From the NCBI GenBank assembly GCA_016782125.1, contig JADDPA010000178.1:42547-106546 (forward strand): a stretch of 64,000 bases of DNA. Direction: 5' to 3'. Every line of letters begins with the position of its first letter. Position 1 is the first letter of the stretch. A model generated the notes under the pieces. That model did no database searches. It was not told the origin of the DNA and saw only the letters and a list, made by a program, of their open reading frames with translations. This DNA comes from Thermobaculum sp. Its GTDB lineage: Bacteria; Chloroflexota; Chloroflexia; Thermobaculales; Thermobaculaceae. Position numbers and translations under genes: made by a program. Shown in pieces: positions 9,210 to 19,731 of the stretch.

Positions 9210-10604
9210 ATGGCGATGCATACAGATATGGAATCCCCGATGGTTGTGGCCTACCCGGAAACGCGCTTGCCACTGATCAAGACGGTTGCGCTGGGGATCC
9301 AGCATGTCTTGGCCATGTTCGGGGCGACGGTGCTGGCTCCGCTGATCATGGGGTTCGACCCGAGCCTCGCGATTCTGTTCTCCGGCGTGGGAACCCTACT
9401 GTTCATCGCAATTACCCGCGGGCGGGTGCCTTCTTACCTCGGCAGCTCGTTCGCATTTATCGCGCCGGTCATCGCCGCCCAGTCACAGGGCGGAATCCCG
9501 GCTGCTCTCGGCGGCATCATCGCGGCGGGTGTCGTGTACGGCATCATTGGTCTGATCGTGATGCGCACGGGTGTGGGTTGGGTTGAGTACCTGATGCCTC
9601 CGGTAGTCACTGCCGCGGTCGTCGCCGTGATCGGCCTTGCGCTCGCGCATGTCGCGGTGGATCTTGCTGCGCGAAACGTTTGGCTCGCGCTGGTCAGCTT
9701 CTCAGTCGCGGCGCTCGTGGCGGTGGGAGCACGAGGTTTTCCACGGCTAATCCCGATCCTGATCGGCGCCATCGCCGGGTATGTCGTCGCCCTCTTGACT
9801 GGGAACGTTGACCTCGCTGCCGTGCGGGACGCCGCGTGGGTCGGCGTGCCTAATTTCGTAACACCCACCTTCAACTGGCGGGCCATCTCGCTGATCGCGC
9901 CGGTTGCCCTGGTGCTCGTGGCTGAGAATACCGGGCATATCAAGGCACTCTCCTCTAGCATGGACCGGAACCTGATGCCATACCTGGGCCACGGATTCCT
10001 CGGCGACGCAGTGGGGACGATCGTCTCGGCGCTCGGCGGTGGGACGGGGCAGACAACCTATGCCGAGAACATCGGGGTGATGGCGATGACCCGCGTGTAC
10101 AGCATCGTGGTCTTCGTCGCTGCCGGCGTGACGGCGATCGTACTCGGATTCAGCCCGAAGTTTGGCGCTCTCATCAACTCCATCCCGCCCGGTGTGATGG
10201 GAGGGCTCGCGATTCTCCTCTTTGGTCTGATTGCCGCCACCGGCGGAAAGATTATCAGGGACGGCGGCGTCGACTTCTCGAAGCCCCGCACCCTGATTGT
10301 GCTGGGTTCGACGCTCGCGATTGGTGTTGGGAGCGCCGCGCTGGAGTGGGCGCACACGACCGTCGCGAATACGCTGCGCAATAACGATCTGCCATTGACG
10401 GCGCTCGATGCTGTACCCACCGGGACTCTGGATGTGGGCGTCGGTGGATACTCGTTCGCGATCGGGAACATCGCGCTTGCCACGTTCGCGGCCATCATCG
10501 TGAATCAGATCCTGCTCTATGTTGAGCGCTTCAGTAAGGAACGCAGTCCCGTACAGCAAGCGGAACCGGTGCAGCAGCGTCCCGTTCAGGGAGTGCGGAC
10601 GTAA
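9210..10604 (+). CDS. pyrP: Uracil permease (NCS2 family)
   Basis: ORF 9189..10604. Start moved to ATG 9210, 9 nt after GAGGAG. NCS2-like polytopic protein (GIQHVLAMFGATV, AENTGHI) in the pyrP position of a Bacillus-type operon. Confidence 0.85.
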   Translation: MAMHTDMESPMVVAYPETRLPLIKTVALGIQHVLAMFGATVLAPLIMGFDPSLAILFSGVGTLLFIAITRGRVPSYLGSSFAFIAPVIAAQSQGGIPAALGGIIAAGVVYGIIGLIVMRTGVGWVEYLMPPVVTAAVVAVIGLALAHVAVDLAARNVWLALVSFSVAALVAVGARGFPRLIPILIGAIAGYVVALLTGNVDLAAVRDAAWVGVPNFVTPTFNWRAISLIAPVALVLVAENTGHIKALSSSMDRNLMPYLGHGFLGDAVGTIVSALGGGTGQTTYAENIGVMAMTRVYSIVVFVAAGVTAIVLGFSPKFGALINSIPPGVMGGLAILLFGLIAATGGKIIRDGGVDFSKPRTLIVLGSTLAIGVGSAALEWAHTTVANTLRNNDLPLTALDAVPTGTLDVGVGGYSFAIGNIALATFAAIIVNQILLYVERFSKERSPVQQAEPVQQRPVQGVRT

Positions 10605-11576
10605 GTGAGCGCTCAGTCCAGCATAGCTCCGATCGAGGTTCAGGCTTCCCCCATGCCCCACCTGTTAGATATCGACGCGCTGACGGCGGATGGTGTCGGA
10701 CAGATTCTCGATGAGGCGGAGCGGCTGTCGGACTCGTCGGATATGCCACTACGCGGCAAGCACATCATCAACTTCTTCGCCGAGGCGAGCACGCGGACGC
10801 GCGTCTCCTTCGAGATTGCCGCCAGCCGACTAGGCGCACAGGTCGTCAACATTGCGGCGGGCGGTAGCAGTCTTGAAAAGGGTGAGTCGCTGGTTGACAC
10901 GGTCCGCACATTCCAGGCGGTCGGGGCGCATGCGCTCGTTATTCGGCACGCCGAGCCCGGTGCCCCGTATCTGGCCGCCCGGCACTTCCGCGGTCCGGTG
11001 ATCAACGCGGGTGATGGACGTCACGCGCATCCCACGCAGGCCCTTCTGGATCTGCTGACGATGCGCCAGCGGTTCGGCGCCCTGCAAGGACTCAGGATCG
11101 CCATCGTGGGCGACGTAGCGCACAGCCGGGTGGCCCGCTCCACGACGCTTGCTTTGGTGTTGTGCGGTGCAGACGTGCGCCTGTGTGCCCCACCGACGCT
11201 GTTGCCGGATCCCGGATGGCTGACTGCCCTGCCCTCTTCGAGTACGGGCGGTACGGTATCCCAAACCACCTCGTTGCGTGAGGCCCTCAGCGGGGTCCAG
11301 GTCGTGATGCCTTTGCGGATGCAGGCGGAGCGGCAGCAGGGCGGTCTGTTGCCCGGTCTCAAGGAGTACACACGCATCTATGGGATCACGCGGGAGAAGC
11401 TCGCGGACCTTGCCCCAGATACGCTCGTGATGCATCCCGGCCCCGCCAACGAAGGGGTAGAGATATCGCCCGAGTTGATGACTGGCCCCGCGAGTTTGAT
11501 CGGGCAGCAGGTGGAGAATGGAGTGCTCGTGCGCATGGCAGTTCTGAAATTGCTGCTCGGTGCATCCCGTGAGTAA
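10605..11576 (+). CDS. pyrB: Aspartate carbamoyltransferase catalytic subunit
   Basis: Motifs ASTRTRVSFE, HPTQALLD, HPGPANEG. Confidence 0.95.
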   Translation: MSAQSSIAPIEVQASPMPHLLDIDALTADGVGQILDEAERLSDSSDMPLRGKHIINFFAEASTRTRVSFEIAASRLGAQVVNIAAGGSSLEKGESLVDTVRTFQAVGAHALVIRHAEPGAPYLAARHFRGPVINAGDGRHAHPTQALLDLLTMRQRFGALQGLRIAIVGDVAHSRVARSTTLALVLCGADVRLCAPPTLLPDPGWLTALPSSSTGGTVSQTTSLREALSGVQVVMPLRMQAERQQGGLLPGLKEYTRIYGITREKLADLAPDTLVMHPGPANEGVEISPELMTGPASLIGQQVENGVLVRMAVLKLLLGASRE

Positions 11577-12915
11577 GACGCTTTTCGCAGGCGTCCGTAT
11601 CATCTGTCCGCATACCGGTGTGGACGAGGTCGGTGACGTGCTGGTGGACGATGGCAGGATCGGCCTGCTGCGACTCGGTGGTGGGGTCGACGCGCCGGAT
11701 GCCGAGCGCATTGACGCTTCCGGCATGGTGCTGTCTCCAGGATTCGTGGACCTGCACACCCACCTGCGCGAGCCCGGCGAGGAGCAGAAAGAGACCATAG
11801 AGACGGGCGCAGCGGCGGCGCTCGCCGGCGGTTTCACGACGCTGTGCGCAATGCCGAACACGTATCCCGCACTGGATTCACGCATCTCGATCGAGACCGT
11901 GCGAGAACGAGCCGAAGGGCTCGGTGTCCGTATTGTGCCGATCGGCGCGATAACGGTTGGCCGGATGGGCGAGCAGCTTGCGCCGCACCACGCGTTGGCG
12001 GCTGCAGGAGCGGTCGCCTTCTCCGATGACGGTAGCCCGGTAAGCAGTGCAGGTCTTATGCGCCGCGCGCTTCAGTATAGTGAGCCGACGGGACTGCCCA
12101 TCACATCGCACTGCGAGGACCTGTCGTTGTCTGCGGGCGGCTCCATGCACGAGGGTGCGGTGAGCGCTCGCCTTGGTATCCCTGGCATCCCCGCCTCCGC
12201 CGAGGAGGTCATGGTGCGCCGCGACATCGCGCTCGCGGAGGAGACGGGCGGCCGGCTGCACATTGCGCATATCAGTACCGCCGGCGCGGTATCGGCGCTG
12301 CGCGAAGCGAGGGCGCGAGGGGTGCCCGTCACCGCCGAGGCCACGCCGCACCACTTGCTGCTAACCGATGAGTGGGTGGCGGGCTGGGGGGCGCTGGATG
12401 GCGAGCCGAACGCTGACCGAATCGTGGGTGACGGGGCATACGATACCAGCACGAAGGTCAACCCGCCCCTTCGCTCCGGGGACCACGTGCGCGCGGTACT
12501 GGATGCCGTTCGCGATGGCACCATAGACGTGATCGCGACCGACCACGCCCCGCATGCCCCGACAGACAAAGCGTGCGAGTATGGCTGTGCCGCGTTCGGT
12601 ATCAGCGGGCTGGAGACGGCACTTGGCCTGTTGATGCTCCTTGTGCACCGCGGTGAACTCGACCTGAATCGCCTCGTGCATCTCCTCACGGCTGGACCAG
12701 GCTCCACGTTTGGCCTCAGTGGTCAGGGGATCCGAGAGGGCGCCGTTGCGGACCTGGTGCTCTTCGATCCGGATCAGCCCTGGGTGGTCGATGGGGAGGC
12801 ACTTCTCTCGCGCGGAAAGAACACCCCTCTGCATGGGCACACGCTTCGAGGTAAGGTGCTCATGACGGTGGTAGGTACGCGCACTTACCGGGCAAATCAG
12901 ATGGAGGAACGATGA
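11560..12915 (+). CDS. pyrC: Dihydroorotase
   Basis: Motifs FVDLHTHLREPG and ATDHAPH. An alternative GTG start at 11569 is possible. Confidence 0.92.
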   Translation: MHPVSKTLFAGVRIICPHTGVDEVGDVLVDDGRIGLLRLGGGVDAPDAERIDASGMVLSPGFVDLHTHLREPGEEQKETIETGAAAALAGGFTTLCAMPNTYPALDSRISIETVRERAEGLGVRIVPIGAITVGRMGEQLAPHHALAAAGAVAFSDDGSPVSSAGLMRRALQYSEPTGLPITSHCEDLSLSAGGSMHEGAVSARLGIPGIPASAEEVMVRRDIALAEETGGRLHIAHISTAGAVSALREARARGVPVTAEATPHHLLLTDEWVAGWGALDGEPNADRIVGDGAYDTSTKVNPPLRSGDHVRAVLDAVRDGTIDVIATDHAPHAPTDKACEYGCAAFGISGLETALGLLMLLVHRGELDLNRLVHLLTAGPGSTFGLSGQGIREGAVADLVLFDPDQPWVVDGEALLSRGKNTPLHGHTLRGKVLMTVVGTRTYRANQMEER

Positions 12916-14027
12916 CGGAACCTGCGATCCTGGTGCTCGAGGACGGACGTGCCTTCTATGGCGACAGTTTCGGCGCCCCGCCCGAGGCGGAAGGGGAGGT
13001 AGTGTTCAGCACCTCTATGACGGGCTACCAGGAGATGTGCACCGATCCCTCGTACCACGGGCAGATCCTTTGCCTCACGTACCCAATGATCGGGAACTAC
13101 GGGGTCAGTCCAGAGCACGACCAGTCGGTTCGGCCGTGGGTGTCGGGCCTGATTGTGCGGCAGCACTCCTCGGCTCCGTCGCACTGGGGCAGCATGGGCA
13201 CACTCGACGCATACCTTCGCCGGCACGGTGTCGCCGGGCTCAGCGGCATAGACACGCGTGCGCTCACTCGCCACATCCGAGCTCACGGCTCGCGCCGCGG
13301 CATCATCGTGTTCGGTGATATTGATACGAAAGTCGAAGAGCTGGTGTTGCGCGCGCGGAGTGCGAAGCTGCCTTCGGAGCGCGCGGGGTTGTCGGAGGTC
13401 AGTGGCGGCAGCGGGACCGTTGAGGCAGCGGAGTCCGAGCACCGTAAGCGGATTGTGGTAATCGACTGCGGCCTCAAGACGAACATCCTGCGTGCCTTGG
13501 CGACGCGTGGCACCGAGCCTATCGTCGTGCCGTACAGCGCGACAGCTGAGGACGTTCTCGCGCTCGATCCAGACGGAGTAGTGACGTCCCCAGGTCCGGG
13601 AGACCCGGAGAATGCGCAAACGCCGATTCGCACGGTGAGCGCGTTGCTGGAGCGCAACGTCCCCTTCTTCGGCATCTGTCTAGGCCACCAGATCCTGGGA
13701 CTGGCCATAGGCGGCACGACGAGCAAGCTCAAATACGGGCATCGAGGAGGCAATCATCCGGTGCAGGATGTCGCGACGGGTAGAGTCTACATAACTTCAC
13801 AGAACCACGGATACCAGGTAGATGCCGAGAGCGTGCCACTCAGCCTCGGCTGGCGTATCAGCCACCACAATGTGAGCGATGGCTCCGTGGAAGGGCTGGT
13901 GCACACCGAGAAACCTGCCTTCTCCGTGCAATACCATCCGGAGGGATCGCCGGGTCCGGACGAGAATGCATACCTGTTCGAGAAGTTCGTCGGCAGCATG
14001 CAGCACCGGACGGGGAGGGAGGCGTAG
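12912..14027 (+). CDS. carA: Carbamoyl-phosphate synthase small (glutaminase) subunit
   Basis: GATase triad motif FGICLGHQ. ATGA overlap with pyrC. Confidence 0.95.
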   Translation: MTEPAILVLEDGRAFYGDSFGAPPEAEGEVVFSTSMTGYQEMCTDPSYHGQILCLTYPMIGNYGVSPEHDQSVRPWVSGLIVRQHSSAPSHWGSMGTLDAYLRRHGVAGLSGIDTRALTRHIRAHGSRRGIIVFGDIDTKVEELVLRARSAKLPSERAGLSEVSGGSGTVEAAESEHRKRIVVIDCGLKTNILRALATRGTEPIVVPYSATAEDVLALDPDGVVTSPGPGDPENAQTPIRTVSALLERNVPFFGICLGHQILGLAIGGTTSKLKYGHRGGNHPVQDVATGRVYITSQNHGYQVDAESVPLSLGWRISHHNVSDGSVEGLVHTEKPAFSVQYHPEGSPGPDENAYLFEKFVGSMQHRTGREA

Positions 14028-17000
14028 ATGCTGGAAACAACTAGGGAGAGAACCGTTCTGGTGATCGGCTCCGGTCCCATCATCATCGGTCAGGCGGCGG
14101 AGTTTGATTATGCAGGCACCCAGGCGTGCCGAGCGCTGCGCGAGGAGGGTGTGCGCGTCGTCCTCGTCAACTCGAATCCCGCGACGATTATGACCGACGA
14201 TGAAGTAGCGGACCGCGTGTACATCGAGCCCCTCACCGTCGAGGTGCTGGAGCGGGTAATCGAGCGCGAGCGGCCGTATGGCCTCTTGCCGACGCTCGGC
14301 GGCCAGACCGGGCTGAACCTCGCCGTTGAGCTCGCGAATGCCGGGGTGCTGGAGCGCTGGGATGTGCGCCTGCTGGGCACCCCGCTACACAGCATCCGCG
14401 AGGCAGAGGACCGCGACCTCTTCCGGCAACTGCTCATTCGCATTGATGAACCCTCAATCGACAGCGTTACCGTCCATACGGTTCAGGAGGGACTGACCTT
14501 CGCAGCGAAAGCCGGCCTCCCGTTGATCAGCCGCCCGGCCTACACCCTTGGTGGCACTGGTGGCGGGATGGCGGCAAGCATCCCGGAGCTGACGGCGCTG
14601 CTGGAGCGTAGCCTCCGGGCAAGCCCGATCGGGCAGACGCTTGTCGAGCGGTCCGTGGCCGGTTGGAAGGAGGTGGAGTACGAGGTGCTGCGGGACGGCG
14701 CGGACAACGCCATTACCGTCTGCAACATGGAGAACTTCGATCCTGTGGGTGTGCATACGGGTGATTCCATTGTCGTCGCACCAAGCCAGACCCTATCGGA
14801 CCGGCAGTACCAGATGCTTCGTACAGCGTCGTTGAAGATCGTGCGAGCGCTCGGAATCGAAGGTGGCTGCAACGTACAGTTCGCGCTTGATCCACGTTCT
14901 GACCGCTATTACGTCATCGAGGTGAATCCGCGGGTTAGCCGGTCGTCCGCACTCGCGTCAAAGGCAACGGGTTACCCGATAGCGCGCGTCGCGGCCAAGA
15001 TTGCGTTGGGGAAGCGGCTCGACGAGATTCCAAACGCCGTTACCGCTGGCACGACCGCGGCGATGGAGCCGGCGCTTGACTACTGCGTCGTGAAGATACC
15101 CCGGTGGCCGTTCGATAAGTTCGCGGGCGGAGATCGCCGGGTCGGCACGCAGATGAAGGCGACCGGTGAGGTCATGGCGATCGAGCGCACCTTCGTTGCC
15201 GCCCTCCACAAGGCCGTTCGGTCCCTCGAGCTCGGGGGTAGGACGCTGCTCTGGGAGGCGCCCGAGTGGCAGGACGAGACCGCCCTCTTACAGGCGATCA
15301 GTTCGCCCACGGACATGCGGCTCTGGGCGCTTATGGCGGCGATCCGCAGGGGACACAGCATCGACGACCTGTCCCGCCTCTCGGCGGTGGATCCGTGGTT
15401 CCTCGATGCCCTGCGCTCCATCGCCGACCTTGAGTGCGAATTGCGTACGAGAGGACTGGAGCCGCGTATCCTGCGTCTCGCGAAGCGGAACGGGTTCTCG
15501 GACTCACTCATCGCAGCCCTGGTGGGCGCCAGCGAGGAGGCAGTTCGCGCTCGTCGCCGTCAGCTGGGCGTGATGCCGGTCTGGAAGATGGTGGATACCT
15601 GCGCCGCGGAGTTCGAAGCGACGACGCCGTACTTCTACAGCACGTACGAGCAGGAGAACGAGGCGCTGCCGCTCGGGGGGCACTCGTCCCTCGTGCTCGG
15701 TTCCGGGCCGATTCGAATCGGTCAGGGCATCGAATTCGATTACTGTAGCGTCCACAGCGCGAAGGCGCTGCACGATGCGGGCGTCCGGAGCGTCATGCTC
15801 AACAGCAACCCCGAGACCGTCTCTACCGACTTCGACACGTCGGACCGACTCTACTTCGATCCACTCGATGAGGAGAGTGTCCGTGATATCCTGGAGAACG
15901 AAGGACTTGAGTCACTCAGCACCGGATACCCTGTGCAGGCCAAGCTCGATGGCGGCAGCTGGCCGGTGGCTGGTCCGCCTGTGATCGTGCAGTTCGGCGG
16001 ACAGACGGCGATCAACCTCGCGTCGGGTCTGCATACCGCGGGGTTCAGCGTCCTCGGCAGCTCGCTGGATGCGATCGACCTCGCGGAGGACCGTGAGCGC
16101 TTTGAACAATTCCTGAATGGCCTGGGCATGCGACGTCCGGAGGGGGCGAGCGTTCGTGATGTGCCCGGCGCAATCGCGGCCGCGCGGCGCCTGGGTTATC
16201 CCCTGCTTGTGCGTCCGTCGTACGTGCTTGGCGGCAGGGCGATGCGCATCGTGCACGACGAGGACGATCTCCTGGCGTACATTCACACCGCCGCCGAGAT
16301 TAGCGGTAAGCACCCTGTGCTGATCGACCGCTACATCGCCGGGCGCGAGGTGGAAGTCGACGCGGTGTGCGACGGGGAGCGAGTGCTCATCCCGGGTATT
16401 GTCGAGCACATTGAGCGGGCTGGTGTGCACTCCGGTGACAGCTTCGGGGTGTATCCCCCTGTGGATCTCACGCCGGAGGAGTCGGCTCAGGTCGAGGAGA
16501 TGACCGTACGGATCGGCCTGGGCCTCGGCCTGAAGGGACTGATGAACGTGCAGTACGTCGTTCAGGAGGGCCTGGTATACGTGCTCGAGGTGAACCCTAG
16601 GGCGAGCCGGACGGTACCCTTCATCAGCAAGGTCACTGGGGTGCCGATGGTCGCGCTGGCTACCCGCGTTATGTTAGGTGAGACGCTCGAGGACCTGGGC
16701 TACGAGAGTGGCCTGATGCCCGAGCGGGACCTGTGGGCGGTGAAAGCGCCGGTGTTCAGCATGTCCAAGCTGACGGGCGTCGATACCGCGCTCGGTCCCG
16801 AGATGAAGAGTACCGGCGAGGTGATGGGCATCGACACCCAACTCGGCCCGGCCATGATGAAAGCGATGCTCGCTTCAGGGATCAACCCTCCGGCGGGTGG
16901 TACGGTGCTCCTCTCGGTTGCGGAGCGACACAAAGAGGAGGTCGTCGAGTTGGCTCGCGACCTTGTGGACCTGGGCTACAGCCTCGCATGCACAGAGGGC

Positions 17001-17318
17001 ACATCTACGTTCCTCGAGCAGCGCGGCGTGCGCGTCTCCCAGGTCGTGCATAAGATCGGCTCGGTCCGCCCGGACATCACGGACATAATCCGCCGCCGTC
17101 AGGTGTGCGCTGTGATCAACACCATCAGCCCAAGCAAGAAGCCGGTACGGGATGGTTTCGAGATCCGGCGCGCGGCTGTCGAAGCTGGCATCCCGTGCCT
17201 CACCTCGCTCGATACCGCGCGCTCGCTCGTCCGCGCCTTGCTCGGCCGCGGCGCGTATCACGTCGCGACCGTCACGGAGTATCGCGAGGGCCGTCTCTCT
17301 CTCGTGGAGCAGGCATGA
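14028..17318 (+). CDS. carB: Carbamoyl-phosphate synthase large subunit
   Basis: 1096-aa ORF with two ATP-grasp halves ([24 protein letters not shown] and [22 protein letters not shown]) and a C-terminal MGS-like domain. Confidence 0.97.
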   Translation: MLETTRERTVLVIGSGPIIIGQAAEFDYAGTQACRALREEGVRVVLVNSNPATIMTDDEVADRVYIEPLTVEVLERVIERERPYGLLPTLGGQTGLNLAVELANAGVLERWDVRLLGTPLHSIREAEDRDLFRQLLIRIDEPSIDSVTVHTVQEGLTFAAKAGLPLISRPAYTLGGTGGGMAASIPELTALLERSLRASPIGQTLVERSVAGWKEVEYEVLRDGADNAITVCNMENFDPVGVHTGDSIVVAPSQTLSDRQYQMLRTASLKIVRALGIEGGCNVQFALDPRSDRYYVIEVNPRVSRSSALASKATGYPIARVAAKIALGKRLDEIPNAVTAGTTAAMEPALDYCVVKIPRWPFDKFAGGDRRVGTQMKATGEVMAIERTFVAALHKAVRSLELGGRTLLWEAPEWQDETALLQAISSPTDMRLWALMAAIRRGHSIDDLSRLSAVDPWFLDALRSIADLECELRTRGLEPRILRLAKRNGFSDSLIAALVGASEEAVRARRRQLGVMPVWKMVDTCAAEFEATTPYFYSTYEQENEALPLGGHSSLVLGSGPIRIGQGIEFDYCSVHSAKALHDAGVRSVMLNSNPETVSTDFDTSDRLYFDPLDEESVRDILENEGLESLSTGYPVQAKLDGGSWPVAGPPVIVQFGGQTAINLASGLHTAGFSVLGSSLDAIDLAEDRERFEQFLNGLGMRRPEGASVRDVPGAIAAARRLGYPLLVRPSYVLGGRAMRIVHDEDDLLAYIHTAAEISGKHPVLIDRYIAGREVEVDAVCDGERVLIPGIVEHIERAGVHSGDSFGVYPPVDLTPEESAQVEEMTVRIGLGLGLKGLMNVQYVVQEGLVYVLEVNPRASRTVPFISKVTGVPMVALATRVMLGETLEDLGYESGLMPERDLWAVKAPVFSMSKLTGVDTALGPEMKSTGEVMGIDTQLGPAMMKAMLASGINPPAGGTVLLSVAERHKEEVVELARDLVDLGYSLACTEGTSTFLEQRGVRVSQVVHKIGSVRPDITDIIRRRQVCAVINTISPSKKPVRDGFEIRRAAVEAGIPCLTSLDTARSLVRALLGRGAYHVATVTEYREGRLSLVEQA

Positions 17319-18022
17319 GCGGCAATCCGCCCCTGGACGTGGATGCCGTACTCTTCGACCTGGACGGCACGCTTGTCGATACCACGGAGTTGATTATTTC
17401 CTCGCACGAGCACACGCTGGCGCAGCATTACCGCGGGCCACAGCGGCCAACCCGGCGAGAGATTCTGCGCAATCTCGGTCGCTCTCTTCCGGCAACATTG
17501 CGTGAGTATGCGGCTGCGGATCAGGCCGCCCACGCGGGTGAGGCTGCCGAGCAGATGCTGCAGACGTACAGAGATTACCAGCGCGCCAACCATGACAGGA
17601 TGATTCGGCCATTCGAAGGCATACGAGAGACGCTTGACGAATTGGCTCGGCGCGGATACTTGCTCGGCGTGGTGACGAGCAAGATGGAGGCGAACGCACG
17701 CCTCGCGCTTGATATGTACGACCTGGGTGGCAACCTGCCTTTCGGGGTATTCCACGACGACACCGAGCGGCACAAGCCCGATCCCGCCCCGCTGCTTCTC
17801 GCTGCGCAGAAGTACCGGCTGGACGTGTCGCGCACCGCTTATATTGGGGATAGCATCCACGATATGGCCGCTGGACGTGCGGCGGGGATGCGCACTGTGG
17901 CGGCGCTGTGGGGGCCATTTCCCCGCGCGGATCTCGAGGTGGAGCGGCCGGATATCTTCGCGACCACCCTCGATTCGTTGCTGGATATCTTCCCGGCTCG
18001 CACTAGTCCAAGGTCCGTCTGA
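17315..18022 (+). CDS. HAD-superfamily phosphatase (PpaX/Gph-like) embedded in the pyr operon
   Basis: ORF 17105..18022. Start moved to ATG 17315 (ATGA overlap with the carB stop). Motif [10 protein letters not shown], motif II VVTSK, motif IV GDSIHD. Confidence 0.8.
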   Translation: MSGNPPLDVDAVLFDLDGTLVDTTELIISSHEHTLAQHYRGPQRPTRREILRNLGRSLPATLREYAAADQAAHAGEAAEQMLQTYRDYQRANHDRMIRPFEGIRETLDELARRGYLLGVVTSKMEANARLALDMYDLGGNLPFGVFHDDTERHKPDPAPLLLAAQKYRLDVSRTAYIGDSIHDMAAGRAAGMRTVAALWGPFPRADLEVERPDIFATTLDSLLDIFPARTSPRSV

Positions 18023-18736
18023 TTGGGTGCCGCTGAGACCGCGACGGTGGTGCAGAGCGCGGCCTTACAGCCTGGACTTTTCGGGTTGCGCCTCGAAGCC
18101 GATGCTCGGCTCGTACAGGCGTGCGAGCCAGGTCGATACCTGATGCTCAGCGTGGGGGATGGAAACGAGCCGTACCTGCCGCGGCCGTACTGGGTGCGCC
18201 GTGTGTCGGCGGTCTGGCTGAATCTGCTCGTAGGCGTCGGTGGAGCCGGCAGCGGTTGGCTGGCGACCCGACGGCCGGGCGACCCTGTGGAGTTCTTCGG
18301 CCCTTTGGGCACCACGTTGATTCCTCCGCCCCGCACGCGCCGGCTCCTGCTCTCGGGGGATCTTCCGGGGCTTAACTGCCTGCTCGCGCTGGCGGATCGT
18401 GCGCTTGCCCGTGATATCGAAGTAGCACTCGTGTTCCATGGCGCGGTCGATACCTCGGCTCGGCTGATTCCCCCTGATGTCGAGCTTCTGACGGAACTGA
18501 ATGCGAGCGCGCTCACGTGGGCTGACGCGCTGTACGCCATCGGCGACCCCAGCGTCGTGCATACGGCGAAGGCCGCGCTCCGAACGGCCGGTAGCCGGAT
18601 TCCAGCCTTCGGCGTGCCGCACGTACCGCTGGCCTGTGGTGTCGGAGCATGCTATGGCTGCCTCGTCGAGACGCGCAGGGGTCCAAAGCTAAGCTGTGTC
18701 AATGGTCCGGCGTTCGGACTCGCGGATTTGTCGTGA
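18023..18736 (+). CDS. pyrK: Dihydroorotate dehydrogenase B electron-transfer subunit-like protein
   Basis: 237-aa ORF directly upstream of, and overlapping, pyrD. C-terminal 2Fe-2S cysteine pattern CGVGACYGC...C. The flavin/NAD motifs look divergent (RPYW, no clear G-rich loop). Confidence 0.72.
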   Translation: MGAAETATVVQSAALQPGLFGLRLEADARLVQACEPGRYLMLSVGDGNEPYLPRPYWVRRVSAVWLNLLVGVGGAGSGWLATRRPGDPVEFFGPLGTTLIPPPRTRRLLLSGDLPGLNCLLALADRALARDIEVALVFHGAVDTSARLIPPDVELLTELNASALTWADALYAIGDPSVVHTAKAALRTAGSRIPAFGVPHVPLACGVGACYGCLVETRRGPKLSCVNGPAFGLADLS

Positions 18737-19680
18737 GCCAGGAGACTTCCGTTACCATTGGTGCCGGTACCCCGCGCCCTCTGACGATGCGCAATCCCGT
18801 GATGTCCGCCGCCGGGACGTTCGGCTACGGCGTCGAATACGCCCGTCTGCTTGATCTGAGCCGTGTTGGGGCGATCGTGACGAAGTCCACAACCGTGCGC
18901 CCACGAGCTGGGGCATCGATGCCTCGCTGGGTAGAGACGCCGTCCGGCGTGCTCAACGCGATCGGTCTGAACAACCCCGGTATCGGTCGTGTCCTGCGGG
19001 AGTACGCTCCAAAGTGGAGCAGCCTTCGTGCGCCGGTTGTGCTGAGCATCGCTGGGGAGTCGGTTGAGGAGTACGTCGAGATCGCCCAAAGAGCCGAGGA
19101 GGCTGAGGCGATCGCTGGGCTCGAGCTCAACGTGTCGTGCCCGAATGTGTCCGAGGGCGGCGCCTTGTTCGGCTCGGACCCCGTCCAGGCTGCGAGCATC
19201 ACTGGGGCCCTGCGCGCGGTGACCAGTTTGCCCCTGATCGTGAAGCTTACGCCGAACGCCGCAAGTGTGGCGGAGGTGGCAATGGCGGTGGAGGCTGCCG
19301 GGGCTGACGCGGTCTCGCTCGTGAACACGATAGCCGGGCTCGTCATTGATGTCGAGGGTCGGCGGCCCTTCCTGGGCAACGGCGGCGGCGGTTTGAGCGG
19401 TCCCGCGATCCGGCCAGTGGCGGTTCGCCTGGTGTGGGACGTGGCGCGGGTGGTCACCGTGCCGGTGGTCGGCCTTGGTGGTATCGCGCGCGTCGAGGAT
19501 GCGCTGCAGTTTATAATGGCCGGAGCCTCTGCGGTGCAGGTCGGCAGCGCCGGGTTTGCCAAGCCAGACACGATCATCAGGGTCGCGGAGGACCTTGCCG
19601 ACTGGATGGCGCGCCACGGTGTAGCCAGCTTAGATGAGATTCGCGGATGTGCCATGCCAGGTTGCGAAGGTCGCGAGTGA
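18733..19680 (+). CDS. pyrD: Dihydroorotate dehydrogenase, catalytic subunit (class 1B)
   Basis: ORF 18649..19680. Start moved to GTG 18733 (GTGA overlap with pyrK). Motifs NPVMSAAGTFGYG, ELNVSCPN, GGGLSGPAIRP. Confidence 0.92.
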   Translation: MSQETSVTIGAGTPRPLTMRNPVMSAAGTFGYGVEYARLLDLSRVGAIVTKSTTVRPRAGASMPRWVETPSGVLNAIGLNNPGIGRVLREYAPKWSSLRAPVVLSIAGESVEEYVEIAQRAEEAEAIAGLELNVSCPNVSEGGALFGSDPVQAASITGALRAVTSLPLIVKLTPNAASVAEVAMAVEAAGADAVSLVNTIAGLVIDVEGRRPFLGNGGGGLSGPAIRPVAVRLVWDVARVVTVPVVGLGGIARVEDALQFIMAGASAVQVGSAGFAKPDTIIRVAEDLADWMARHGVASLDEIRGCAMPGCEGRE

Positions 19681-19731
19681 GCCAGCCGACGACCGAACCA
19701 ATGAAACAAAATGAAACAATAGGATGCTCTC

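Noticed and set aside
19701-19720. Tandem direct repeat ATGAAACAAA/ATGAAACAAT in the pyrD-cax spacer.
   Set aside because: Only two 10-nt copies are present. It is not a CRISPR or a repeat family, and is probably just AT-rich spacer or ribosome-loading sequence.
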